Source: an uncultured delta proteobacterium (GTDB lineage: Bacteria > Desulfobacterota > BSN033 > UBA1163). Taken from it: 64,000 bases of DNA. The stretch is taken from positions 1,024,001-1,088,000 of the forward strand of contig CAWHBU010000003.1 in assembly GCA_963827685.1 (NCBI GenBank), read 5' to 3'. The translations under genes were made by a program, and so were the position numbers. This document shows, piece after piece, positions 49,030-58,452 of the stretch (within the stretch, counting starts at the first letter, position 1; every line of letters starts with the position of its first letter). The notes below the pieces were generated by a model. The model searched no databases, was not told where the DNA came from, and saw nothing but the letters and a program-made list of their open reading frames with translations.

Positions 49030-50647
49030 CCAAAATCTCCCTGTAGATTGTCAGACCTTCTTCTCTGCCCCAACCTCCTTCAACTCTCCTGGCTTGGCCA
49101 CCGGACTTCCCTGCAGTCTCGCCAAACGCCGCTCCAATCCTTTCATCGCTCCTCCCTTGCTCTTCCGCTCCAACAATACCGCAAGACGCGAGTTCAATGC
49201 CACTCTCTTCTCCATCACCGCAACCCGTGACTGCAATGCCAAGAGCATCCCCTCCATCGCCCGCTCCTGCCACTGGTTCAATAAACTCCACGCGACTCCC
49301 AACTCCTGGCAAACCTCTCCGGGTTTGCGTCTCTCCGTCCATACCGACAACACCGCCCGGCACTTCTCCTCCGCCGTGTGCCCCGAAACCTTCCTCCCTC
49401 TCTTGTCCTCTATCCCTGACCTCTCTACCTTCGGCTTCTCTACCTTGTCCATCGCTCTCCTCCCTCTTAATAGAACGATCTTTCTCTTCTCCTTTGGCGC
49501 CAACTTCATAGATCATCTCCTGCTTTCCACCGCCCTCTTCATCATCCACCATCAAACGCAGCTTTCCCTTCTCCGCCCGTAAGACCACCGACTGCCCCTC
49601 CATCCGCCCTACCATGTAAAACGGCTCCCGCGGCTTCCCCCGCAAGGCCATCTCCAGCACATTCTCTGCGATCCCTTGCTCCATCGTCTTTCGCAGCTCT
49701 GCCTGGATCTCAAAGTACCGATCCGCAGGACACAGCCCTCCAATCCCCTGGTGAGGCCGCTTGTAATTGTAATACTGCACCCACTGCCGAATCCTCTCTC
49801 TCGCCTCCTCAAAACTCCCAAACTGCGCCCGTACCAAGAACTCCTCATAGATCGTCTTCCAAAACCGCTCCACCTTCCCCAGCGTCATCGGATGATGGGC
49901 CTGGGACTTAATGTGTCTGACTCGGTCCTTCCGTAACTCCCGCTCAAACCGAGTCGATCCCCGCCAGTTCGTATATTGCCGTCCCCGATCTGTCAACACC
50001 TCCTTCGGTACCCCATACTCCCCAACTGCCCGACAATACACCTCCAGTACCTGATCCGCCGTCTGGCTCCGGTATAACTCCAAACCCGCCATGTACCGCG
50101 AGTAATCGTCGATAAACCCGATCAAATAGGCATACCGACCCCCCAGGCGAAAGGTGAAGATGTCCGACTGCCACAATTGATTCGGTGTCGACCGCTCAAA
50201 AAACCGAGGACGGGTGATGTTGCGATGGTGTTTCTTTCTGGAAGGAACAATCAACGATTCTGCCCGCAGCGTCCGACGGACTGTCTCCGGGCTCGCGCTG
50301 AGGAAGAACGCACGCTTTAAAAGATGGGAAATCCGCTTGACACCAAAGAGAGGCTCACGCTTCTTGATCTCGACGATCTTCTCGCGTACTGGTCCGGGAA
50401 GCTTCCGTCGTCTCCCCGAGGATATAATACGATTCCGTAACCCCGCTTCTCCCCGTTCCTGATATGCCTTCACCCAACGACAAATGACATCTTTACTGGC
50501 TCCTGCCTCCTCGGACAACAAAGAAACTGGTAACCCTTCTTCTAATCGTAACTTCACACACCGAAGCTTGAACTCAACCCCATACCGCTTCCCATACCGA
50601 CTTCCTTTCCTCTTGCCCTTCTTCTTAACTCCTGCTACATTCTCCAT
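48701..50647 (-). CDS. IS481-like DDE transposase with long low-complexity tail
   Basis: HTHs, PNQLWQSDIF, LTDRGRQY, GKVERFWKT, YNYKRPHQG. Confidence 0.88.
   Translation of the reverse strand: MENVAGVKKKGKRKGSRYGKRYGVEFKLRCVKLRLEEGLPVSLLSEEAGASKDVICRWVKAYQERGEAGLRNRIISSGRRRKLPGPVREKIVEIKKREPLFGVKRISHLLKRAFFLSASPETVRRTLRAESLIVPSRKKHHRNITRPRFFERSTPNQLWQSDIFTFRLGGRYAYLIGFIDDYSRYMAGLELYRSQTADQVLEVYCRAVGEYGVPKEVLTDRGRQYTNWRGSTRFERELRKDRVRHIKSQAHHPMTLGKVERFWKTIYEEFLVRAQFGSFEEARERIRQWVQYYNYKRPHQGIGGLCPADRYFEIQAELRKTMEQGIAENVLEMALRGKPREPFYMVGRMEGQSVVLRAEKGKLRLMVDDEEGGGKQEMIYEVGAKGEEKDRSIKREESDGQGREAEGREVRDRGQEREEGFGAHGGGEVPGGVVGMDGETQTRRGLPGVGSRVEFIEPVAGAGDGGDALGIAVTGCGDGEESGIELASCGIVGAEEQGRSDERIGAAFGETAGKSGGQARRVEGGWGREEGLTIYREILDGGKETAAREGEGTETCTGAGAGDSPGAQWSLNCKGGSAAAGGVAQDVLRVGGEVAQSHGPGVGELSCGKTACACGRREGDASGADPGIGEEAGCREADHQGERVPGGV
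49051..49452 (-). CDS. Transposase-associated HTH protein
   Basis: HTAEEKCRAVLSVW...EVCQELGVAWSLLNQWQ; GGAGGAG RBS. Confidence 0.7.
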   Translation of the reverse strand: MDKVEKPKVERSGIEDKRGRKVSGHTAEEKCRAVLSVWTERRKPGEVCQELGVAWSLLNQWQERAMEGMLLALQSRVAVMEKRVALNSRLAVLLERKSKGGAMKGLERRLARLQGSPVAKPGELKEVGAEKKV

Positions 50648-50814
50648 GGGTACACTCCTTTCTCCTTCTCAGGAGTGTCACCCATTTCTCCCTTCTTCTT
50701 TAGCTTACGATCTGGTAGTTAGCTCACCACACACTGGTTTACACACAGAAGATCGAGCGTTTCAAGTATTGGCTCGCTTTCAACCGATTATTGCCGGAGG
50801 AAATTGAATGGTCT

Positions 50815-50882
50815 ACCGAACAACCGGCTGAATCTTCCAAATGAAAAGCGTCGCCATTTACTTCCAGTTTAGCCGCAACGTT
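50815..50882 (+). other. attC-like site interrupted at its GTT crossover point
   Basis: ACCGAAC...CGGCTGAA/TTTAGCCG...GTT; core GTTAGGC resumes at 51041. Confidence 0.6.
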
Positions 50883-51040
50883 GAGGCTGTAGAAAAAGTC
50901 AATCTCGATCGAATCCGATGAGTTGGAAAAAGTGTGACCTCTCAGGATGCTCTGTATGAGACGATCTCATGCTTGGGAGGGGTCAAGTGACCCCCGAAAA
51001 CACCGTTCTCACTCATCAAAAGGACTTTTTCTACAGGTTC
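50883..51040. mobile_element. IS1182-type MITE (158 bp, GTT duplication)
   Basis: TIR GAGGCTGTAGAAAAAGTC / GACTTTTTCTACAGGTTC (16/18 match). Confidence 0.75.
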
Positions 51041-51070
51041 GTTAGGCGTCGTGATTGAAATATATCAGAT

Positions 51071-51829
51071 ATGAGCCCCAAACCCCATAAAACGTCGATG
51101 GAAAAACTACCCAAAACACTTATTGAAGAAATAAATCGTATTCTCCGATCTCTCTCACCTAGGGAGGAAAAAGTCCTGAGATTGCGGTTCGGCCTTGGGG
51201 GAATGATGTCTGATGAGATCGCTTCAGGTGCATACGGACGATTATTAACCGCTATATTTGGTGAAAAGGCTATAAAATCAATGATACAGTCCTACCGCCC
51301 TTCAGTCGCACTTACTGAAGTTGTTGAGAGAGTGACACAATTAACACCTGAATTAATAGAACATCTAAAAAAGCATCACCAGGCTATCGATAAAATCCCT
51401 TGGAATATCTTTGAGCACTTAATTGCTGAGTTTTTTGCAGCTCAAGGATATGATGACGTTCGACTCGTTGGTCGTGATCAGGCTACTTCTGCCGATATTT
51501 ATGCTTCACACACTTGGGCCCCTTTGGGAACAAATCTAAGAGTTTTCGTTGAAGTGAAACGAATAAAAGGATTAGTTGGGGTTGAGGTGATAAATGAGGT
51601 TCTTGGCGCTATGTTTTCAGAGAGACCCACATTTGGCTGGCACGCTGCAATAATTGTTTCAACTGGAGGATTCAGACGTTTACGAAAATTCTCCAAACAT
51701 GAGCTCTCATATCGGGGGTTGGAATTAAAAGATCGTAATGACTTGCTTCGTTGGTTGGATAACTATCGTCCGAATAAAAATGGGTTGTGGCTCCCTTACC
51801 CCTTGACAAAAGCGCCCCGGCTCAACTGA
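51071..51829 (+). CDS. Mrr-like PD-(D/E)xK restriction endonuclease with sigma70 region-4-like N-terminus
   Basis: LSPREEKVLRLRFGL; FEHLIAEFF, ADIYA, VEVKR, IIVSTGGF. Confidence 0.75.
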   Translation: MSPKPHKTSMEKLPKTLIEEINRILRSLSPREEKVLRLRFGLGGMMSDEIASGAYGRLLTAIFGEKAIKSMIQSYRPSVALTEVVERVTQLTPELIEHLKKHHQAIDKIPWNIFEHLIAEFFAAQGYDDVRLVGRDQATSADIYASHTWAPLGTNLRVFVEVKRIKGLVGVEVINEVLGAMFSERPTFGWHAAIIVSTGGFRRLRKFSKHELSYRGLELKDRNDLLRWLDNYRPNKNGLWLPYPLTKAPRLN

Positions 51830-51898
51830 ATAGTTTCTACGGGTAAGACCGGGATGGGTAACGGGGAAGCTGCACTTTAAATTGGGTATTGACCCTTC

Positions 51899-51970
51899 GC
51901 CTAACCATCGCATGAACTCAGACTGGGAAAAAGCCTCCCGGCTCTTTCCCAGCTGGTTATCCCTGACGTT
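51899..51970 (+). other. attC site
   Basis: GCCTAAC inverse core complementary to GTTAGGC at 51041; CTGGGAAA/TTTCCCAG stem; ends GTT. Confidence 0.7.
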
Positions 51971-52077
51971 GAGGCTGTAGAAAAAGTCCTGAAAGCATGA
52001 TAATATCGCTATATCAGTAACAGAAAAGAGAGCGGGGACCGCTTAGGAGGAACTGAATGGCGAGATACAAAGAATAG
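51971..52077 (+). mobile_element. Truncated IS1182-family left end
   Basis: Same TIR GAGGCTGTAGAAAAAGTC; AGGAGG RBS then MARYKE* transposase start. Confidence 0.65.
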
Positions 52078-52260
52078 CGGGAAGAGGGTCAGGTCTTTTG
52101 TCTTGGTATTTTGGGCTAACGAAATATGGGTATTGGTGTAGTGGAATCGTCTCGACACCTATGCGGGCACGCATCCACAATAAGTGATGCCATCAGACCA
52201 AAGGATAGCACCAAGATAAAAGAGCTGACCCTACTACAATATCGCGAAGGAAGCTATGCT

Positions 52261-53010
52261 ATGAAATCACTATTCAAGGCAATCCGCGTTACGTGGCTTT
52301 GTTTGTGGGTGTCAATTGCGACCATTATCCTGGGTGTTCCCGTCATCATTGCGGGCCTGTTAAGCCGTACCGGCAATCTCGCGTTCTCCATTTCGAAGAT
52401 CTGGGCATACATCATGCTTGCCGTGTCCTTTGTCCGCACGGAAATAAAGAACAAGGCGAAGCTTCTGAAGGGGACATCGTATATCATTATTTCCAACCAC
52501 CAGTCGCATTTCGACATCCTCGCGCTGGTTACCACGCTGGGCATTCAATTCCGATGGTTCATCAAAAAGGAAATTCTCAAAATCCCGCTTTTCGGGTACG
52601 CGTTGTACGCCTCACGGAACATCTTCATTGACCGCTCCAATATCACCAGGGCAATCGAGAGCATTAACAAGGGCATCGATCGACTGCCCAAAGACGCGGG
52701 CGTAATGGTGTTTGCCGAAGGGACCAGGTCGTCCGACGGGCAGATTCACGAATTCAAAAAGGGGGGATTCATAGTAGCCATCGCCCGGAAGATCCCCATC
52801 CTGCCGGTTACCGTCAATGGAAGCCGGCGCGTCCTACCCAGGGGAAGCGCCGTCGTGAAGCCGGGAAAGATCCAGGTCGTGATCGGGGACCCCATCGATA
52901 CCAGCGGCTATACCACCGATACCGTTCAAGAGCTTATCGACAAAACGCGTCAGGCGGTCATGGCGAATTTCGATCCCGAGTACGCGGGGAGGGCTGACGT
53001 TACAAATTAA
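52261..53010 (+). CDS. plsC: 1-acyl-sn-glycerol-3-phosphate acyltransferase
   Basis: SNHQSHFD, FIDR, FAEGTRS, FKKGGF. Confidence 0.9.
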   Translation: MKSLFKAIRVTWLCLWVSIATIILGVPVIIAGLLSRTGNLAFSISKIWAYIMLAVSFVRTEIKNKAKLLKGTSYIIISNHQSHFDILALVTTLGIQFRWFIKKEILKIPLFGYALYASRNIFIDRSNITRAIESINKGIDRLPKDAGVMVFAEGTRSSDGQIHEFKKGGFIVAIARKIPILPVTVNGSRRVLPRGSAVVKPGKIQVVIGDPIDTSGYTTDTVQELIDKTRQAVMANFDPEYAGRADVTN

Positions 53011-53081
53011 AAAACCTGGCCCGTTACATTCCCTTTCTCCTTCATCAACACCACACCTCACATTTTGTGGTCAATATTTCC

Positions 53082-53111
53082 TTGACATACAAAATCGAAA
53101 GTTCTTATACT
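53082..53111 (+). promoter_or_regulatory. sigma70 promoter of the SWIB gene
   Basis: TTGACA-N18-TATACT. Confidence 0.65.
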
Positions 53112-53170
53112 TACCTTGCAATATCTGATCAAAAAAATACTAACACAATTTAAAGAACGGAGGCATAAGC

Positions 53171-53497
53171 ATGGCAGAAGAAAAAGGATTGGATAAACCG
53201 GTAAAATTGAAAGCGGACTTGGCGGCATTCCTAGGCGCTAGCTCACTTCCTCGTACTGAGATAACCAAAAAGTTGTGGGATTACATCAAGGCAAACAAAC
53301 TACAAACCAAAACAATCAATGGTAAACCAGAAAATGCCGGCAAGAATATTGTGGCTGATGCTAAATTAATTAAAATATTTAACAACACCAACATTACCAG
53401 TAAGACTGGCAAAGTAACTGATCTTACAAAGTTAAAAGAAGGTCAGACTATCGATATGATGCAAATGGCATCTGTTATTAGTGCCAATATCGAATAG
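53171..53497 (+). CDS. Stand-alone SWIB/MDM2-domain protein
   Basis: DLAAFLG...PRTEITKKLWDYIKANKLQ...IVADAKL. Confidence 0.88.
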   Translation: MAEEKGLDKPVKLKADLAAFLGASSLPRTEITKKLWDYIKANKLQTKTINGKPENAGKNIVADAKLIKIFNNTNITSKTGKVTDLTKLKEGQTIDMMQMASVISANIE

Positions 53498-53523
53498 ACT
53501 AAACATGTATAGTTGTTTTTTCA

Positions 53524-53556
53524 AAATAGGCAGGTGTAAAAACCCGCCTATTTGTT
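53524..53556 (+). terminator. Putative intrinsic terminator
   Basis: AATAGGC..GT/..GCCTATT stem followed by TGTTT. Confidence 0.5.
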
Positions 53557-53799
53557 TGCCCCTTTCAGGTGAACATTTCTCATAAGAACGGATTTCGCGG
53601 CACATCACGTTCTCCATCATCGGCGCCCAACCCCATATTTTGGGAGGGAGAACAGGGGGACGTAGTTGAAAAATGACACTTTACAGATATATAAAAAGTA
53701 TGATAGTGATTCGTCATGCCCCGCCCAGTGGGAAGATAGGGACCATCCCCATTTTCTGCCTCTAACATGCCAAACACTTCTATTGTTGCCAAGAGAACC

Positions 53800-54417
53800 A
53801 TGATGAAAAAGTTACTTGCGTTTGCGGCGATCGGCCTGCTGTATTTTCTCGGATGTAGCGACTCCTTTGCTGAACAGCTTCGAGATGGAGACATCATCTT
53901 CCAAACGTCGCGGTCAGAACTGAGCATCCCGATTCAGAAGGCAACCCACTCACAATACAGCCATATGGGAATCGTCTTTCTCAGGAACGGGAGTCCCTAC
54001 GTCTATGAAGCTATCAAGACGGTTCAGTATACTCCGTTTAGAAAATGGGTTGAGAGGGGCGAGGGCGGCCACTACGTGATAAAACGGTTGCGCGAGGCCG
54101 ACCGGATTCTAACCTCACAGGCTGTGAAGAAACTCCGGCAGGCCGGGAGTAAGTTCGAGGGTAAACCATACGACTCCTATTTTGAGTGGTCTGATAAACG
54201 AATCTACTGTTCTGAACTCGTATGGAAGATCTACGATCGGGGACTCGGCATTCGTGTCGGGAAACTCCAGAAAGTTCGGGACCTCGATCTTTCCGACCCT
54301 ATCGTAAAGACTAAAATCAAGGAGCGCTATGGTAATAAGGTCCCGATGGACGAGACTGTCATTTCCCCCGGCGAGATGTTTTCGTCTGACCTACTTATAA
54401 CGGTATTCCAAAAATAG
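53800..54417 (+). CDS. YiiX-family permuted papain-like enzyme
   Basis: DGDIIFQTS, YSHMG, YEA, GKPYD, IYCSELVWK. Confidence 0.9.
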   Translation: MMKKLLAFAAIGLLYFLGCSDSFAEQLRDGDIIFQTSRSELSIPIQKATHSQYSHMGIVFLRNGSPYVYEAIKTVQYTPFRKWVERGEGGHYVIKRLREADRILTSQAVKKLRQAGSKFEGKPYDSYFEWSDKRIYCSELVWKIYDRGLGIRVGKLQKVRDLDLSDPIVKTKIKERYGNKVPMDETVISPGEMFSSDLLITVFQK

Positions 54418-54549
54418 GCAAGGTAACTAACCAATGAGATAAGCTGTTGGACACTCATACTTTGTCGGCCATGTCGGGCTGCCGGATCGCCGATAAATCC
54501 GGCTCCCGCTGATGCCCGGTGTTATATAAAAACCTGCTTGTAAAATTGC

Positions 54550-54578
54550 TTGACAAGGGAAATTTATCCGGATAAAAT
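54550..54578 (+). promoter_or_regulatory. sigma70 promoter, near-leaderless transcript
   Basis: TTGACA-N17-TAAAAT, 9 nt before ATG 54588. Confidence 0.6.
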
Positions 54579-54587
54579 ACCCTTGGT

Positions 54588-55727
54588 ATGAAAATTAAAA
54601 AAAGACTGCTTGAGCTTGACTTGCCACGAGGGAAATCCGCTTTTCTATGGGGCCCGCGCAAAGTCGGTAAAACTTATTGGATTTCCCACACTCTGTCCGG
54701 CGCTGAGATTATTGATTTGTTGAAGACCGATACTTTGGCGGAATACATCTCGCGCCCGGCTCTACTAAGAGAGCGCTACCAAAATCACAAAGGACTGATC
54801 GTTATAGACGAAGTTCAAAAAATCCCACCCATTCTTGATGAAGTCCATTGGCTCATTGAAAATAAGGGCATCTCGTTTTTACTTACCGGCTCCAGCGCGC
54901 GTAAAGTCCGGCGCGGCCATGCCAATCTCTTAGGAGGCCGCGCATGGCGTAGGACCATGACCCCTCTATCTTATATGGAAGTAACTGATTTTAACCTGGA
55001 ACGAATTATGATTTCCGGATTGCTGCCCCCCCACTACCTTTCAGCTAATGCTGCTGAAGATTTGCGCTCTTATATCGCCGATTATCTTAAAGAAGAAATT
55101 ATCGCCGAAGCGCTTACGCAGAATATTCCGGCGTTTAATGAATTTTTACGGGTGGCGGCAATCACTTCCAGCGAGCTTATTAATTACGTAAACATCGCCC
55201 GGGAAACAGGGGTTTCGCATAAAGTTGTGCGCACTTATTTTGATATCCTTGAGGATACTTATCTGGGGTTCAGAATTCCGCCCTGGAAGAAATCAAAAAA
55301 CCGGCGTATGATTACCACTGAAAAGTTTTATTTATTTGACGTGGGTGTGGCTAATTACCTTGCCAGACGCCAACCCAAGATCGGCAGCCAGGAATTCGGC
55401 AAAGCTTTCGAACATTATATTTTGATGGAATTAAAAGCCTATCAGTCTTACCGTAATCCCGACATGCCCGTTACTTTCTGGCGGACATCAACCGGCCGTG
55501 AAGTTGACTTCATTCTGGGCGATAAAGAACTGGCGATAGAAATTAAAGGTTCATCCCGCATCCATGAAGGTGATATCGGCGCGTTGCAAGCTCTTTTAGA
55601 AGACGGGCCGGTTAAAAAATGCTGTGTCGTTTGCTTGGAAAAACAGCCCCGCCAGCTGACAAAAAATATTGAGGCGATACCCTGGCAAATGTTTATCGAA
55701 CGGTTATGGTATGGTGAATTTGAATAG
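54588..55727 (+). CDS. AAA_14 ATPase with DUF4143 domain
   Basis: GPRKVGKT, IDEVQK, LTGSS, KFYLFDVG, EVDF...IEIK. Confidence 0.9.
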   Translation: MKIKKRLLELDLPRGKSAFLWGPRKVGKTYWISHTLSGAEIIDLLKTDTLAEYISRPALLRERYQNHKGLIVIDEVQKIPPILDEVHWLIENKGISFLLTGSSARKVRRGHANLLGGRAWRRTMTPLSYMEVTDFNLERIMISGLLPPHYLSANAAEDLRSYIADYLKEEIIAEALTQNIPAFNEFLRVAAITSSELINYVNIARETGVSHKVVRTYFDILEDTYLGFRIPPWKKSKNRRMITTEKFYLFDVGVANYLARRQPKIGSQEFGKAFEHYILMELKAYQSYRNPDMPVTFWRTSTGREVDFILGDKELAIEIKGSSRIHEGDIGALQALLEDGPVKKCCVVCLEKQPRQLTKNIEAIPWQMFIERLWYGEFE

Positions 55728-56043
55728 AAAACAACTGCTCTATTTCAATAACGCATGAACCGTGGAATTCGCAAACATGATGTTTGTAGATCGGTCAAGC
55801 CTGAAGGGAATAAATGCTCTCATCAAATCGTACGGGCCTAAAAGTCTGATTGCAGGGTATGTGGCCTCGAAGACATCACGCCGCTATCCCCTTTCAGACC
55901 AGATCTCTTCGGTCCCTGGAAGTTTTATAGATAGAGTTCTCTCATAGAATCTGGAATTAAAAATAGATTATGTATTCACAAATCTCTTTTTTTCATTTGT
56001 CGGGACGCTTATAGAAAGCACGAGGCAGGACGAGGTGTAAGCC

Positions 56044-57378
56044 ATGAAAGCAGAACAAAAATTTAGTCTCATCAAACTCCAGTCTATGTTCACAGAGGTC
56101 TTCGGGCTCGGACGCGCCGCTGCATTAAGCGCGGTTATCTCGATATTGGTAGTTCTTGTACTCGGCATATTCCTGTTTTTTTACCTTGCGCCACCCAATA
56201 CGATCACTATAACCAGCGGGCCCGATGGCAGCATGTTTCGCAGGACAGCGGAAAGATATGCCAAGATACTCCAGCGAAACGGCGTGACGCTCAGGATACT
56301 TCCGTCTGAGGGCTCTGTTGACAACATCAAGAGGCTGGCTGATCCTTCGTCAAAGGTGGACACAGGATTCGTGCAGGGCGGAGTGAACAAAGGGATAAAA
56401 ACCGACAAGCTTGTTTCGCTGGGCAGCGTCTCATACGAACCACTCTATGTCTTTTACAGGAGCGGGTCCAACATCGAGCTCCTATCGCAGTTGATCGGCA
56501 AGCGAGTGGCGGTAGGTGAGGTCGGCAGCGGAACACAAACTCTCTCGCTCGCGCTGCTCGCAGGCAACAGCATAGAGCCGGGAGGCCCTACAAAACTGCT
56601 TGAGATGGATTCCGACGAAGCGGCGGGTGCAATCCTAAATGGCAAGGTGGATGCAGTGTTTCTGATGGGTGATTCTGTTTCAACAACGCTTATACGCCAG
56701 CTTCTCCATACACCCGGCATCAAGCTCTTCGACTTTACCCAGGCTGATGCTTATACGCGCCGCATCCCTTACCTGAATAAGATCACCCTCCCCAAGGGGT
56801 CGATAGATTTCGGGAAGGGCACCCCTGCTCAAGATGTCTTTCTGCTCGCGCCGACGGTTGAACTGATTGCTCGGGAGACCCTGCATCCGGTGCTCTCCGA
56901 TTTATTGCTCGAGGCCGCGCGTGAAGTGCACTCTGGTGCCGGGCTTCTCAGGCGCAAGGGTGAATTCCCCGCGCCGATCGAGCAGGAGATCCGCATCAGC
57001 GGTGACGCGAGTCGCTTCTATAAATCGGGCAAGAGCTTCCTGTACCGCTACCTGCCGTTCCAGCTCGCCAGCCTTGTGAATCGCACCGTTGTAGTGCTCG
57101 TGCCCATGATCGTGCTGCTTCTACCCGCACTGCGGCTCATACCTGCCATATACAGGTGGCGGTTCAAGTCGCGCATCTCCAGATGGTACCGTGCGCTGCT
57201 GATGATAGAGCAGGATCTCATAGCACAATTGGCATCGGATAAGCGCCAAGCGCTGATGGAAAGGCTCGACAACATCGAGGAAGCAGTGAACAGGATGAAA
57301 GTGCCAGCCTCGTTCGCAGACCAATTCTACGACCTGCGTGGGCATATCATATTTGTACGCACCAGGCTGAGGGCTTGA
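56044..57378 (+). CDS. TAXI-family solute-binding protein with TM segments
   Basis: SEGSVDNI, GFVQGG, YEPL.VF, GSGT; no TRAP permease nearby. Confidence 0.8.
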   Translation: MKAEQKFSLIKLQSMFTEVFGLGRAAALSAVISILVVLVLGIFLFFYLAPPNTITITSGPDGSMFRRTAERYAKILQRNGVTLRILPSEGSVDNIKRLADPSSKVDTGFVQGGVNKGIKTDKLVSLGSVSYEPLYVFYRSGSNIELLSQLIGKRVAVGEVGSGTQTLSLALLAGNSIEPGGPTKLLEMDSDEAAGAILNGKVDAVFLMGDSVSTTLIRQLLHTPGIKLFDFTQADAYTRRIPYLNKITLPKGSIDFGKGTPAQDVFLLAPTVELIARETLHPVLSDLLLEAAREVHSGAGLLRRKGEFPAPIEQEIRISGDASRFYKSGKSFLYRYLPFQLASLVNRTVVVLVPMIVLLLPALRLIPAIYRWRFKSRISRWYRALLMIEQDLIAQLASDKRQALMERLDNIEEAVNRMKVPASFADQFYDLRGHIIFVRTRLRA

Positions 57379-57433
57379 AACAAAAAAGCCAAGGGTTAGG
57401 TCTCAAGGACCGGACCGGGGGCAGGATTGACAA

Positions 57434-58108
57434 TTGATATCTAATATAAACCATAGTAGGGTTGAGGTGGAACTTCGTGCTCTTTTTGTAATTGTTCTAA
57501 CATTAATTCTGGGTGCAAAGACTAACGCTGAAGGAATTCGTAAAACTTGCACCTATCAAACGTTCAAATGGAACGTGAATCTCAGGGGTTCGGTTGGTCA
57601 TGAAATGATTCGCCACTCTTATGATGATCTGGCACCGGACGAGATAGACCCGACAACTGGTTGCAGCGTTTGCGAGGAAGATCAGGAGACAATCCACATA
57701 CCACCTTTGACGCCTTTCCGCGTTTGCAAAGTGTTTGCACCGGTGGTGCGAAAGACGCTCTTAAAGTTGATTCAACAAGGTGAACCAATCTACGAGGTGG
57801 TAGGCTATCACGTTGGCCGAACGCGGGGCAAACCCGATGCCAGCGGTAACCGAACTGAGTTTAGCAACCACTCCTACGGCATCGCCATCGACATTAATCC
57901 ACAACTCAATGGTCTCTATGATCATTGCGTAAGATTCGGCTCGAATTGTCGGTTAATCCGCGGTGGACCTTGGCGCCCCGGACAACTTGGAGCGCTCACT
58001 TCGGAAAGTCCGATCGTAAAAGCAATGAAGGCGGCAGGTTTCCGTTGGGGTGGCGAGATTCAAGGTAATCAAAAAGATTTCATGCATTTTTCTCTAACTG
58101 GGTACTAA
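57434..58108 (+). CDS. M15-family metallopeptidase (start uncertain)
   Basis: SNHSYGIAIDIN and WGG....KDFMHF motifs. Confidence 0.82.
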   Translation: MISNINHSRVEVELRALFVIVLTLILGAKTNAEGIRKTCTYQTFKWNVNLRGSVGHEMIRHSYDDLAPDEIDPTTGCSVCEEDQETIHIPPLTPFRVCKVFAPVVRKTLLKLIQQGEPIYEVVGYHVGRTRGKPDASGNRTEFSNHSYGIAIDINPQLNGLYDHCVRFGSNCRLIRGGPWRPGQLGALTSESPIVKAMKAAGFRWGGEIQGNQKDFMHFSLTGY

Positions 58109-58252
58109 CCTCTTCTCATCCCATCCTTCCTCCCGGAGTCTCCACAGAAACAGGACTCAGGGCCAAAACTTCCATTACCACAGTAAGAAGGGACGGCTCT
58201 ATTTTCTAACACAGGAACCCGGCAATAATTATAGTGAACGCCTTAATAAAGT

Positions 58253-58352
58253 GGTCATTGCGAGGAGCGAAGCGACGTGCCTGCGCGCTGAAGCGCTACG
58301 GCACGCAAGCGTGGCAATCCCATGAGTTTGCTTCACTTCGTTCGCAATGACA
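58253..58352. repeat. GTCATTGCG repeat with nested insert
   Basis: Reverse-orientation relative at 62729-62827. Confidence 0.75.
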
Positions 58353-58452
58353 CGCCGCGGATGTCAACTTATTTATGACGTTCACTATAGAACAACCGCC
58401 CCCTCGATGATGTCCCTTTTATGATACCATCCGCTCCAATCGTTAGGCGACT

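Larger units (their letters stand above)
47567..50726 (-). mobile_element. 3.16 kb element with 53-bp imperfect TIRs (TG...CA) carrying two DDE transposases and HTH ORFs
   Basis: 47567-47619 aligns without gaps to the reverse complement of 50674-50726; no TSD. Confidence 0.82.
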
